Source of the DNA: Octopus vulgaris
Lineage: Eukaryota
Direction: 5' to 3'
Assembly (NCBI GenBank): GCA_951406725.2
Contig: OX597818.1
Location: forward strand, 35,030,001-35,094,000
Length of the DNA stretch: 64,000 nt
A model generated the notes under the pieces. The model ran no database searches. It had not been told where the DNA came from and saw nothing but the letters and a program-made list of their open reading frames with translations. Both the position numbers and the translations under genes were made by a program. Positions within the stretch are counted from its first letter, which is position 1, and each line of letters starts with the position of its first letter. Below, piece after piece: positions 13,412 to 23,653 of the stretch.

Positions 13412-13681
13412 TAACAATAATAATCCTTTGTACAAAAGGCACAAGGCCTGAATTTTTTTTTTCTTTTTGTCGGCGAGGGGTTAAGTCGATTACATTGATC
13501 CCAGTGTTTCACTGGTACTTAATTTATTGACTCCAAAAGGACGAAAGGCAAATTCGACCTCGGTGGAGTCTGAACTCAGCACGTAAGGACAGACGAAATG
13601 CCACTTAGCATTTTGCCTGGCACACTAACAGTTCTGCCAGTTTACTGCCTTAAAAATAACAATATTAATATTAATAATAAT

Positions 13682-13743
<62 letters not shown>

Positions 13744-13751
13744 CAACAGTA

Positions 13752-13797
<46 letters not shown>

Positions 13798-14142
13798 CAA
13801 CAACAACAACACTGGATTCAAATTTTGGCCAGTGAATTTGGGGGAGGGTATCAGTCGATTACATCGTTCCAGTGCTCAACTGGTACTTATTTTATTGACT
13901 CCGAAAGGATGAAAGGCAAAGTTGACATCAGCAGAATTTGAACACAGAACATAAAAATACTGGCTAAGTATTTTGCCTAGTGTGCTAACAATTCTGCCAG
14001 CTCATTACCTTAATAATAATAATATTGATAATGAATGTTAAGTACTATGGAAAGAGACCCTGTGAGAGCCTTGACAACAGGTTTCCAGAATTAACCAGGG
14101 AAAATGAAATCAAGAGCTCTGAGAATTGAAAAAAAGAAAAGG

Positions 14143-14925
14143 CGATGTGATGAAAAATGGTGTAGACCCAAAGGGCTGATACTGCAACGATGGGATAAAA
14201 ACAGTGGACCACCTAATCTCTGGATGTAAGGTTTTGGCACTTGTAGAGTACAAATCAAGACATGACAGAGTTGGCCAATATCTACATTTGATAAAATGTT
14301 GGCATTATAAAATCAAAACTGCTGACAAATGGTATAAACACCACCCTGAGGCTGTAACTGAGGGAGAAAATGTAACTATTGTTTGGGACTTCTCAGTATG
14401 TACAGACCAGACCATCAAAGTAAACAAATCAGATATTGTTGTGAAAGACCAAAGCAATAAAGTCTGTTTATTGATTGACATGAGCATACCCTGTGATCAT
14501 AATATCTTGGCAAAAGGAATTTGATAAGTTCAGAAAATATAAAGATCTGCTGATTGAAATCAAAAAGATGTGGCATCTCAAGACGGTTACAATAACAATA
14601 ATTGTAGGAGCACTTGGAATGATCAAAACAGGAATTGAAAATTATTTAAGAATGATCCCTGGCTTACCATCCATACAGGAAGTGCAAAAGATTGTCTTAA
14701 CTGGTATGTCACACATATTGAGAAGAGCATTGTTGTGAATTTTCTTTCCTTCTTCCCTCTCCTATTTTATTTGTTTACTTTTCTATTTTCCATTTTTTTC
14801 CTTTTTTCTTTCTGTCTTCCCCCTTTTCTCTATCACATGACTCTGTAAATGAACAATCTGGTGAGTTTTTTTTTTATGGCCTACCAATGTATACAGCAAG
14901 AAATGGAAACAGAATTGAAAGAAGA
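14143..14925 (+). mobile_element. Second, degenerate R4/Dong 3' fragment of the same family
   Basis: HLISGC, RHD, WDF, DIVVKD, IVGALG, ILRRALL collinear with 12292-13368; stop in the knuckle and a frameshift near 14510; followed by (AAT/AGT/GAT)n. Confidence 0.9.
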
Positions 14926-14929
14926 TGCT

Positions 14930-14967
14930 AATGAAAATAATGATAATAATAATAATAATAATAATAA

Positions 14968-15035
<68 letters not shown>

Positions 15036-15071
15036 ATAATAATAGTAATAATAATAATAGTAATAATAATA

Positions 15072-15106
<35 letters not shown>

Positions 15107-15203
15107 AATGATAATAATAATAATAGTAATAATAATAGTAATAATAATAGTAATAATAATAGTAATAATAATTATAATAATAATAATGATAATAATAATA
15201 ATA

Positions 15204-15235
<32 letters not shown>
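14930..15235 (+). repeat. Compound (AAT)n/(AGT)n/(GAT)n microsatellite
   Basis: Direct reading. Confidence 0.95.
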
Positions 15236-15256
15236 ACAGTTAGAATTTCAAGATAT

Positions 15257-15469
15257 TGTTACAGGCCAGCTGGTATAGTATGTCCCAGTGACCTGGGTTA
15301 GCCAGTGTAGTATGTCCCAGTGACCTACATTAGGATAAACCCATTGTCCTGTCAGATTTAGGTGGATTAATTGGTTCTGTTTGGAACTACGACCCCTTTC
15401 CGTGGCGGAACTAGTGTGCGAGCCGTTCGGGACGAGCGACGACGGGCGATTCCGCTCCGTTTCGTAACA
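15257..15469 (+). repeat. 5' LTR (213 bp, internally deleted relative to the 3' LTR)
   Basis: 15257-15400 matches 17333-17476 with 1 mismatch; 15401-15469 matches 18544-18614 with several differences. Confidence 0.9.
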
Positions 15470-15471
15470 AC

Positions 15472-15489
15472 TGGTGTCAGAAGTGGGAT
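15472..15489 (+). other. Primer-binding site complementary to tRNA-Leu 3' end
   Basis: TGGTGTCAGAAGTGGGAT, 2 nt after the LTR, is the reverse complement of ATCCCACTTCTGACACCA, the 3' end of metazoan tRNA-Leu(CAA). Confidence 0.85.
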
Positions 15490-15660
15490 TGTCCTGATTG
15501 CTGCGTTTCGATCGGTTTTTCTTTTTTTTCGCTATGGATTTGTCTGGTTGTCAGACCGGAGACGAGGAGATTTCGCTTGCCCTGATTGTGGAGATGTTGA
15601 TGCCCGTCGAACGAAGCATCGAGTGAAACAGATAGTGAAGGAAGTGTTGCGGAACCTGGG

Positions 15661-17292
15661 TTGGTTGCCGAAATCTGTGATGCTGGACCGGCTGTGTTTG
15701 CGGAACCTGGGATGGTTGCCAAAATTTGTGACGCTGTACCCAAGAAATCTTGTGATTTGGAACCCGTAGAGGTTGAAGTAACCAAAAGGCCTGTGGAAGG
15801 TGTTATGGCTGATGCTGTTGTTCCGTGTCTGGAGCCCTTGGCATCTCGACCCCTGTCTCTCGGAGCTCAGGACGAAGAGCTGGCGAGGTCTGGGGCGAAT
15901 GTCGCTGAGTCCGAGGTTCCGGCTCTGTGTGTGATAGTCGCGGCAGGTGTTGTGCCGTGTGAGGGTCCTTTGGTGTCTGGACTCCTGTCTCTTGGGGCCC
16001 AGAGGGACTGTATGGTTCCCACTGTGGAGAGGCCACAGGCGTGGATGGACTGGCGGCCGAGCGTGTGTGTTGTGAGGCCTGCGGTACGGAAGCTGGTGAA
16101 GAAAAGGACCAGGCCCGTTGACGAGGCGAGACGGCTGCGAACGGTGGTGGGTCCACCGAGACCAGGAAGACTGCTTCAGCGTTGGGTGAGCTTTGTGGTT
16201 GATGGTTGCTTGGGGCCGGTGGAGCCCGACAGGCAGTGCCTAGTGAAAGCTCGATTGAGGGTCGGGTGGACCCTAGTGGAAGCAGAAGCTGGTGGAGCGC
16301 TGGCTGGGTCGGCCGATCTTTTGGAAGTGGCACAGGCGATTTGCAGAAGGCAAATCGAGGAATCGTGCCAGATGGCGAACCAGTGGTGGGGCCAGCTCTG
16401 CCGATACGGCAACGCAGTTGAAGGAGATGGTGGCCCACGGATGCAATTTAGGAAGCGGTCCGCAAGGAGTCGCTGGTGCTTTGTTGGCACTTGGGGGAGC
16501 GCTGTGCTCGATGGTTGCGTGGGGCCGGTGGAGCCCGACATGCAGTGCGGAATAGGAACTCAATTGAGGGTCGGCTGGACCCTGGTGGAGGCAGAGGCTG
16601 ACAGAGCGTTGGGTGGGTCGGCCGATTTATTGAAGGCTGCGCAGGCGATTTGCAGAGGGCAAATCGTGGAACTGCGCCGGACGGTAAACCAGCGGCGGGG
16701 TCAGTTCTGCCGGTGCAGAGATGAAGTTAAGGGAGTTCGTGGTCCGCTGATGCAGTTGCGGAAGAGGCAACTGTTGGTGAAAAGCGCAGGACGTTGGTCG
16801 CGAGGGTTGTTGGATGCTGGTCGCACGGACCTGGCAGAACGTTTCGTCGACCAAGGCGGTCGTCGCTTGAGGAAGCAGCGAGGCCGGAGGAAGGTCTCAG
16901 TACAGCAGCGCAAGAGGAGATATCGGCGACGGGGAACAGTGGAAAAGCGGAATGGTCCGTGGTCGTCAGCGATAATTGCGCGGAATGGAGATGGTACAGC
17001 AAGATGCTACGTGGGCTATAGAGCCCTGAGGAAGGTGGCCACTGTGAAGGATTGGCCGGACCCTTCTTGTGTGAGGGATTTGAGGAACTTCCTCGGACAG
17101 TGCGCCTATTGTGGGCGGCTAGTAGGAAGCCTGGCGGCGTTGGCGGAGGTGTTACCCAAGCCGCAGAGGGAAGGTGCCAACCTGTGGCTGGTGCTGAAGT
17201 GGTGGCCGTGGGAGGTGAGACCCCCGGAGGAGAAACCACCCAAGGGGACCCCCAGCCCCTGGAGAGTCTGCTGCTCGGAGGTGCGAGTTTAG
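15661..17292 (+). CDS. Internal 543-codon ORF of the LTR element; degenerate pol-derived (protease-like and RT remnants, no catalytic motifs)
   Basis: GPWSSAII..DGTARCYVGYRALRK fused directly to VATVKDWPDPSCVRDLRNFLGQCAYCGRLV (gypsy RT N-terminus and thumb with the YxDD core missing); ~309-bp internal duplication; possible original ATG at 15534 separated by one frameshift. Confidence 0.55.
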   Translation: MVAEICDAGPAVFAEPGMVAKICDAVPKKSCDLEPVEVEVTKRPVEGVMADAVVPCLEPLASRPLSLGAQDEELARSGANVAESEVPALCVIVAAGVVPCEGPLVSGLLSLGAQRDCMVPTVERPQAWMDWRPSVCVVRPAVRKLVKKRTRPVDEARRLRTVVGPPRPGRLLQRWVSFVVDGCLGPVEPDRQCLVKARLRVGWTLVEAEAGGALAGSADLLEVAQAICRRQIEESCQMANQWWGQLCRYGNAVEGDGGPRMQFRKRSARSRWCFVGTWGSAVLDGCVGPVEPDMQCGIGTQLRVGWTLVEAEADRALGGSADLLKAAQAICRGQIVELRRTVNQRRGQFCRCRDEVKGVRGPLMQLRKRQLLVKSAGRWSRGLLDAGRTDLAERFVDQGGRRLRKQRGRRKVSVQQRKRRYRRRGTVEKRNGPWSSAIIARNGDGTARCYVGYRALRKVATVKDWPDPSCVRDLRNFLGQCAYCGRLVGSLAALAEVLPKPQREGANLWLVLKWWPWEVRPPEEKPPKGTPSPWRVCCSEVRV

Positions 17293-17319
17293 TATGCTTT
17301 GTCGGGTCGACAAAAGCTT

Positions 17320-17332
17320 AGGTAGGGGGTAG
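17320..17332 (+). other. Polypurine tract
   Basis: AGGTAGGGGGTAG immediately before the 3' LTR. Confidence 0.85.
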
Positions 17333-18614
17333 TGTTACAGGCCAGCTGGTGTAGTATGTCCCAGTGACCTGGGTTAGCCAGTGTAGTATGTCCCAGTGAC
17401 CTACATTAGGATAAACCCATTGTCCTGTCAGATTTAGGTGGATTAATTGGTTCTGTTTGGAACTACGACCCCTTTCAGGTGAACCAAAGTTCGCTCTAAG
17501 CACCCCTTGAAGATGTGAAAGAGGAAGACAGATTAAGGGAATCTGAGAGCAGATGGAGAGGGTATTGACAGTAGGAGAGAAGGACAGGCAGAGAGTTTGG
17601 TAGAGCTGTCATGAGAGAGATAGAGTATAAGACTAAGGGACAGATAGAGAGGCTAAGGGACAGTAGGCGATATAGATAGAGTAAGGAATCAGATAGCAAA
17701 TAGAAAGACTATAGGTGGTAGAACAGAGGGAGATGAGGGAGTGGAAGTCAGGACAAGGAAGTGAGGTTCTGGGCAGTCGGTGAGCGGTCCTCGAAGAAGG
17801 CAGTTCGTAGTTGGTCGTCAAGAAGGGCAGTTCGCAGTTGGTCGTCAAGAAGGGCAGTTCGTAGTTGGTCGTCAAGAAGGGCAGTTGGGAGTTGGTCGTC
17901 AGGAAGGACGGATCTGGGCAGTCGTGGAGCGGTCGTGGAAGAACACAGACGGATCTTGGACAGACCAGCAGGGATCTTGGGATTTAAGGAGCAAGCTGGA
18001 TGCGAGAAAGCTTGGCGGCGCAGAGGGAATATTGTACAGAGGAATTAGCAGTATTGAGAGGAATGGGACACTGGCAGATTCAATTAGGAATAAGGTATTT
18101 AATTGTATTGATTGTGTATTGATATGTGTCACGAGGTAAAGAGACTGTAAAAGAAAAGAAAGAGAAAAGAAGAGAGAAAAAGAAGGACTGTCGATGTGAC
18201 GCTATCTGTGATGTGTAGAAAAAGAGACTTTAGAGAACTGTGTCTTCGGACGTGTACCTTTGAAATACTGTATATGACTTGTTGTGTCTCCGGACTGATA
18301 TATTGTTACATGATGTTGTTAAATGCATTGATCTGTGGTATACCCGTATGATGTATTGATTTGTTGTTTGCCTTAAATGTATTTGATGTGTATCAATTGA
18401 TTGTCATATAAACTGTTGTTAAATATAAGCCAGTGTCTCTGTTGCCTCTGTGCCTCTTTGGGTTGTATCTCGGGTTGTGCCTCTGTATCTCTGTGTTGTG
18501 GTTGTTGTTGTATCTCCTCTCCTCTCTCCGCCTCTTTGGGCTCCGTGGCGGAACCAGTTGTGAGCCGTTCGGGACGAGCGACGACGACGGGCGATTCCAG
18601 TCCGTTCCGTAACA
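17333..18614 (+). repeat. 3' LTR (1282 bp) with four 27-bp tandem units at ~17796-17907
   Basis: TG...CA termini; unit GAAGGGCAGTTCGTAGTTGGTCGTCAA. Confidence 0.9.
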
Positions 18615-18618
18615 ATAT

Positions 18619-19270
18619 ATTAGGACTCTTCCATAAATACTGATCATACTATTGCAACAAGAAGATCAGATTGATTAAAGAGGATAAAAGAAACACACGA
18701 TATATGGTCATGCACTTAGCAATATAATATAACAAATTGGATACCAAAGAAATGGAAGAAAACTGAGGAATGTCAGAACTTACCCAGAGAGATGAAGAGA
18801 TCATGGAAGACTATTCTCGTGGTAAGTAGTGTACTTGGTACAGCACCCAAAATGCAATTGAAAAGACTGAAAGAGACTTGAATTTAGACTCACATTGTTA
18901 ACCAACAGAAATACATAATCCTGGTAGAAAGGGCGGCAAGCTGGCAGAAACATTAGCATGCCAGGCGAAATGCTTTGCAGTATTTTGTCTGTCTTTATGT
19001 TCCCAGTTCAAATTCTGCTGAGGTCGACTTTATCTTTCATCCTTTTGGGGTCGATTAAATAAGTACCAGTTACACACTGGGGTCGATATAATCGACTTAA
19101 TCTGTTTGTCTGTCCTGATTTGTCCCCTCTGTACATAGCCCCTTATGGGCAGTAAAGAAATAAGACAAAACATAATCCTGTATTCTGCAAGAATCCGAAA
19201 TAAATTCTTGAGATTTGAGGAGACTTGTTGTCACCATACCTCAAGACAACATTCCTGCTAATTAACATAA
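18619..19270 (+). pseudogene. Old R4/Dong-type RLE remnant (different family) interrupted by the LTR element and by SINE-B (18930-19165)
   Basis: Peptides NFKI (before the LTR), SINTDHTIATRRSD, QNLPREMKRSWKTILVVSSVLGTAPK; duplicated ACATAATCCTG flanks the SINE. Confidence 0.7.
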
Positions 19271-19675
19271 CATGTAATAGTTATAATAATTATAAATAAT
19301 ATCAACAACAACAACAATAACAACAACAATTTTGGCATTAGGTCAGTAATTTTAAGGGAAGGGATAAGTCGATTATATCAACCCCAACATATAACTGGTA
19401 CTTATTCTATTAAATAAGGAATGATGAAAGGCAGAGTTGGCTCTGGTGGAATTTGAACTCAGAATGTAAAATAATGATAATGATAAAAAAATTCGTCTCC
19501 CCACCCCCACCAGCTTCCACCAGGAAACAAAAACTAATTTATCTTTTTCAGTTAGATTGAACTCCTCAAATTTTCTGATTTGTTGCTTTTGATGACAAGT
19601 GATTTGGAACGCATTTAGCAGTATGTTAAATTCTGAAATGCGATCCAAATCACTTGATATGATTAGCACTGCGAC

Positions 19676-19703
19676 TGATGGATGACGATGATGGTGATGA
19701 TGG

Positions 19704-19744
<41 letters not shown>

Positions 19745-20143
19745 GCAATGATGATGAGGATGATGATGGAGATGACAATGATGTTGATGATGAGGATGGT
19801 GATGAAGATGGTGATAATAATGATGATGATGACAATGATGATGGTGATGAGGATGATGATAATGATGATGATGATGATGATGACGACAACGACGACAACA
19901 ATGATGATGATGAGGATGATGATGACGACGACGACGATGATGATGTGGATGATGAGGATGATGATGGAGAGGACAATAATGTTGATGATGAGGATGGTGA
20001 TGAAGACAGTGATAATAATGATGATGGTGATGATGACAATGATGATGATGAGGAGGAGGAGGAGGAGGATGGAGATGACAATAATGTTGATGATGAGGAT
20101 GGTGATGAAGATGGTGATAATAATGATGATGGTGATGATGACA

Positions 20144-20190
<47 letters not shown>

Positions 20191-20340
20191 AATGATGATG
20201 AGGATGATGACGATGATGATGAGGAGGAGGATAGCAATGATGATGATGGTAATGGCAACAACAATGATAAGGATGACGACAAAAATGATGGTGATAATGA
20301 TGATGAAGTAGAGGAGAAAGAGGATGCTGAGAATGATACC
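19676..20340 (+). repeat. Degenerate (GAT)n tract with higher-order repeats
   Basis: Block GGAGAKGACAATRATGTTGATGATGAGGATGGTGATGAAGA recurs about 3 times (~19768, 19966, 20071). Confidence 0.9.
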
Positions 20341-20987
20341 TAGTCTATTCTTCAAGAGGTTTATAATAGAAATGAATCCAGTCATAAAATCCTAGCTATT
20401 CAACCATGAAATACGCAAGAATTTTCTTTTCTCTTTTCAAGAGCATTGGATTGGCAGCAACTGAAGAAAATCACACAAAATATTCTTTACAGCAGTGAGT
20501 ATTGTACTTCTACGTTCAGGGTTTAAACTCAGAACTGTATTCCGTTAAGAGTCGTTTAACCCTAGGTCAATCTGGTATGAAGCAAACTGATGTATGACCA
20601 AAATCAATCCAACCCATGCTAGCATGGAAAGTGGACTTTAAACGATGATGATGATGATGATGATGATTTGCAAATATTTGTTTTGTGTCTGTCTTAAAAA
20701 CAAATCAGAAATATTGCAAATAAAGGAAGCAATTCTTGGCGCATTCTACAGTAATTTTATAACATGCAAATGCGCCATGATTTGCACTTCTTTATTTGCT
20801 TCTTGCATCAAAGACTGATTGTTTATTGATTTAACAGCAAAACTGCTCTAAAGTCTCAGAGTTTGGTTCAATTCCTGGTTAAAATTAATTTCTTTTTCAG
20901 TTATGCACCAATGCATTGAAGATATTGATGTCGTGTAAGCTATTTTGCCTTTCCTTTGGAATTGTATGCATGCTTGTATGTATGTGT

Positions 20988-21288
20988 GGAGGCACATGGC
21001 CTAGTGGTTAGAGCAGCAGACTCGTGGTCGAGGGATCGCAGGTTCGAATCTTAGACTGAGCGATGTGTGTGTTTATGAGTGAAACACCTAAGCTCCATGT
21101 GGCTCCAGCAGAAGGTAATGGCAAACTTCTGCTGACTCTTTTGCCACAACTTTCTCTCACTCTTTCCTCCTGCATCTTGCAGCTTACCTATGATAGACGG
21201 CGTCCCATCCAGGTGGGGAATCTATATGCCAAGGAAACCGGGAAACCAGCCCTATGAACCAGGAATGGCTCGAGAAGGAACAAACAAT
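20988..21288 (+). mobile_element. tRNA-derived SINE family C
   Basis: GGAGGC..ATGGCCTAGTGGTTAG (A-box), GGTTCGAATC (B-box); relatives at 37289-37591(-), 53675-54052(-), 60529-60835(+); CORE-type variants 29846-30085(+), 24995-25305(-). Confidence 0.85.
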
Positions 21289-21479
21289 GTATGTATGTAT
21301 GTATCTATGTGTTTATATATATGCATGTATATACAAATGCAAATAAACAATGTTCTATAATTCATTACAGTACATGTATTGTTTGAACTCTAGGTTTTTC
21401 AGTTGCAGCGTTGGTAGGAGAATGTGAGTGTGAGCGAAGTGGTTGAAGAGTTATTTTGCCATTTGGGATTATATGAATA

Positions 21480-21775
21480 CTAGCAGTATCGCCCGGCGTT
21501 GCTTGGGTTTGTAAGGGAAATAACTATATAAGCATTTTTAGAGAGTTACTTCCCTTATATAAACCTAGCAAAAATGCATTAAAAATGCGGAAAAATAGTG
21601 GTAAATTTTTTTTAAATCGTAGACGTGCGCTAATACCCAGAAGGGCTCGATATGAATCACGACTATAAGATACCCACATTTGGTTAAACTGCACCGCAAA
21701 ATGTGGGAGGAGTTAGGAATCTAAATTGGAGTAGACAGACACTCACACACACAACTTCAGTTTTATATATAAAGA
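21480..21775 (-). mobile_element. Non-autonomous Helitron type 1, internally deleted
   Basis: Same termini and internal blocks as 3511-4023. Confidence 0.85.
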
Positions 21776-21783
21776 TATGTGTA

Positions 21784-21829
<46 letters not shown>

Positions 21830-21859
21830 CATACATATACATATATATATATATATGCA

Positions 21860-23441
21860 TGATTTTCTTTTTCCTCTACTTAACTTGTCTCTTCCTCTCT
21901 CTCTCATTCTTCACTCTCTCTCTGTCCCTCTCACCATTCTTCATGGTTTCCTCGCAGCCATTCCCCTTCTTCTCTCCCTTCCTCTTGCTCCTCCTCCCCC
22001 CCTTCCCGTCGTCCACCCGCGACGATACTTCCGCTCTGACTGTTTTTCTGGCCTGGCCTTTCAAGGTAACGGATGACATTCTTCCTGCTCCCCTGTCGTT
22101 CACAAAAAATTCTGCGTTGGCAATACTTTTTTTCATTCAGCGTCAACAGCCCTTCTTATCTTGTTTTTCCCTGTCCTGTCTTTTACTGTTTATATTTTTG
22201 TACTGTCGTTACTGTCCTGTTTTTTTTACCATTTTTTTACCATTTTTTACCCCTCTGCGAAAAGATCTCAGAACTTTAATTGATTTGCTTTTCGAAGGAA
22301 GGAAAGTTTCTTATCGAAGATACGTCTCGCGATTTTCCTTCGAAACGTAGAGTAGATGAAACCATAGCGACTGAAGAAGGGGTTTTTTCTTTGTGTTAAT
22401 TGTCCTGTACTCCATTTTTTTGTTGTTGTTAAAAAAATGTCCAGTTCCTTTGGTTTGTGTCTATGTTTTCGTTTCTCTTTGTGTTCGACGTCCCTTTGGT
22501 GTCCTGTACTCATATATGCGTGTATATGTACATGTAGAGGTAGGTACGTACATATATGTTTATATATATGCATATGTTTTATTTCATTTATTAATATATT
22601 ATATGACTAAACGCACGCACCCCCTTAAGTAAGATTGTTCTGTATATCAAGTTTTGGTCTTGATATTAACTCTGACGCGCACTCTTCACCTTTCTGTCCC
22701 ATCCCTATTCTTTGATTTTCTTTTTCCTCTACTTAACTTGTCTCTTCCTCTCTCTCTCATTCTTCACTCTCTCTCTCCCCCTCACTATTCTTCATGGTTT
22801 CCTCGCAGCCATTCCCCTTCTTCTCTCCCTTCCTCTTGCTCCTCCTCCCCCCTTCCCGTCGTCCACCCGCGACGATTCTTCCGCTCTGACTGTCTTTCTG
22901 GCCTGGCCTTTCAAGGTAACGGACGACATTCTTCCTGCTCCCCTGTCGTTCACAAAAAATTCTGCGTTTGCAATACTTTTTTTCATTCGTCGTCAACAGC
23001 CCTTCTTATCTTGTTTTTCCCTGTCCTGTCTTTTACTGTTTATATTTTTGTACTGTCGTTACTGTCCTGTTTTTTTTTACCATTTTTTTACCATTTTTTA
23101 CCCCTCTGCGAAAAGATCTCAGAATTTTAATTGATTTGCTTTTCACAGGAAGGAAAGTTTCTTGTCGAAGATACGTCTCACTTTTATCCTTCGAAACGTA
23201 GAGTAGATGAAACCATAGCGACTTACGAAGGGTTTTTTTCTTTGTGTTAATTGTCCTGTACTCCATTTTTTTGTTGTTGTTAAAAAAATGTCCAGTTCCT
23301 TTGGTTTGTGTCTATGTTTTCGTTTCTCTTTGTGTTCGACGTCCCTTTGGTGTCCTGTACTCATATATGCGTGTATATGTACATGTAGAGGTAGGTACGT
23401 ACATATATGTTTATATAAATGCATATGTTTTATTTCATTTA

Positions 23442-23448
<7 letters not shown>
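21860..23448 (+). repeat. Direct duplication of a ~740-bp element (21860-22600; 22713-23448), probable Penelope-like terminal repeats
   Basis: Two collinear copies with scattered substitutions and indels, TA-microsatellite flanks, CGAAACGTA hammerhead-like half motif. Confidence 0.6.
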
Positions 23449-23471
<23 letters not shown>

Positions 23472-23475
<4 letters not shown>

Positions 23476-23620
23476 AGAGTAAGCACATAAATGTGAAACA
23501 AGGTGGAAAAAAGAGTACTCAAATACCAGAGGTTGAGTAGTATGCTTTATTTAAAAGCAGCAGAAATATAACAAAAGCTGTTACTCAGAGTTTCATGTTT
23601 CTGTTTGTCGGACAGTTTTG
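23472..23620 (-). mobile_element. Penelope-like terminal fragment between TA tracts with decayed minimal hammerhead
   Basis: Minus strand AAAACUGU-CCGACAA-ACAGAAACAU-GAAA-CUCUGAG-UA-ACAGCUUUU; same family as 45498-45655. Confidence 0.55.

Positions 23621-23653
<33 letters not shown>

Larger units (their letters stand above)
15257..18614 (+). mobile_element. Non-autonomous Ty3/Gypsy-derived LTR retrotransposon
   Basis: TGTTAC...GTAACA termini on both LTRs, 4-bp TSD ATAT (15253-15256/18615-18618), PBS, PPT, RT-remnant peptides. Confidence 0.92.

Noticed and set aside
17796-17907. CRISPR-like 27-bp repeats
   Set aside because: No spacers; ordinary tandem repeats inside an LTR
21860-23448. Assembly artefact, or hydrophobic membrane-protein ORFs
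   Set aside because: Copies differ by many substitutions and frame-changing indels, so the duplication is real and the ORFs are not conserved
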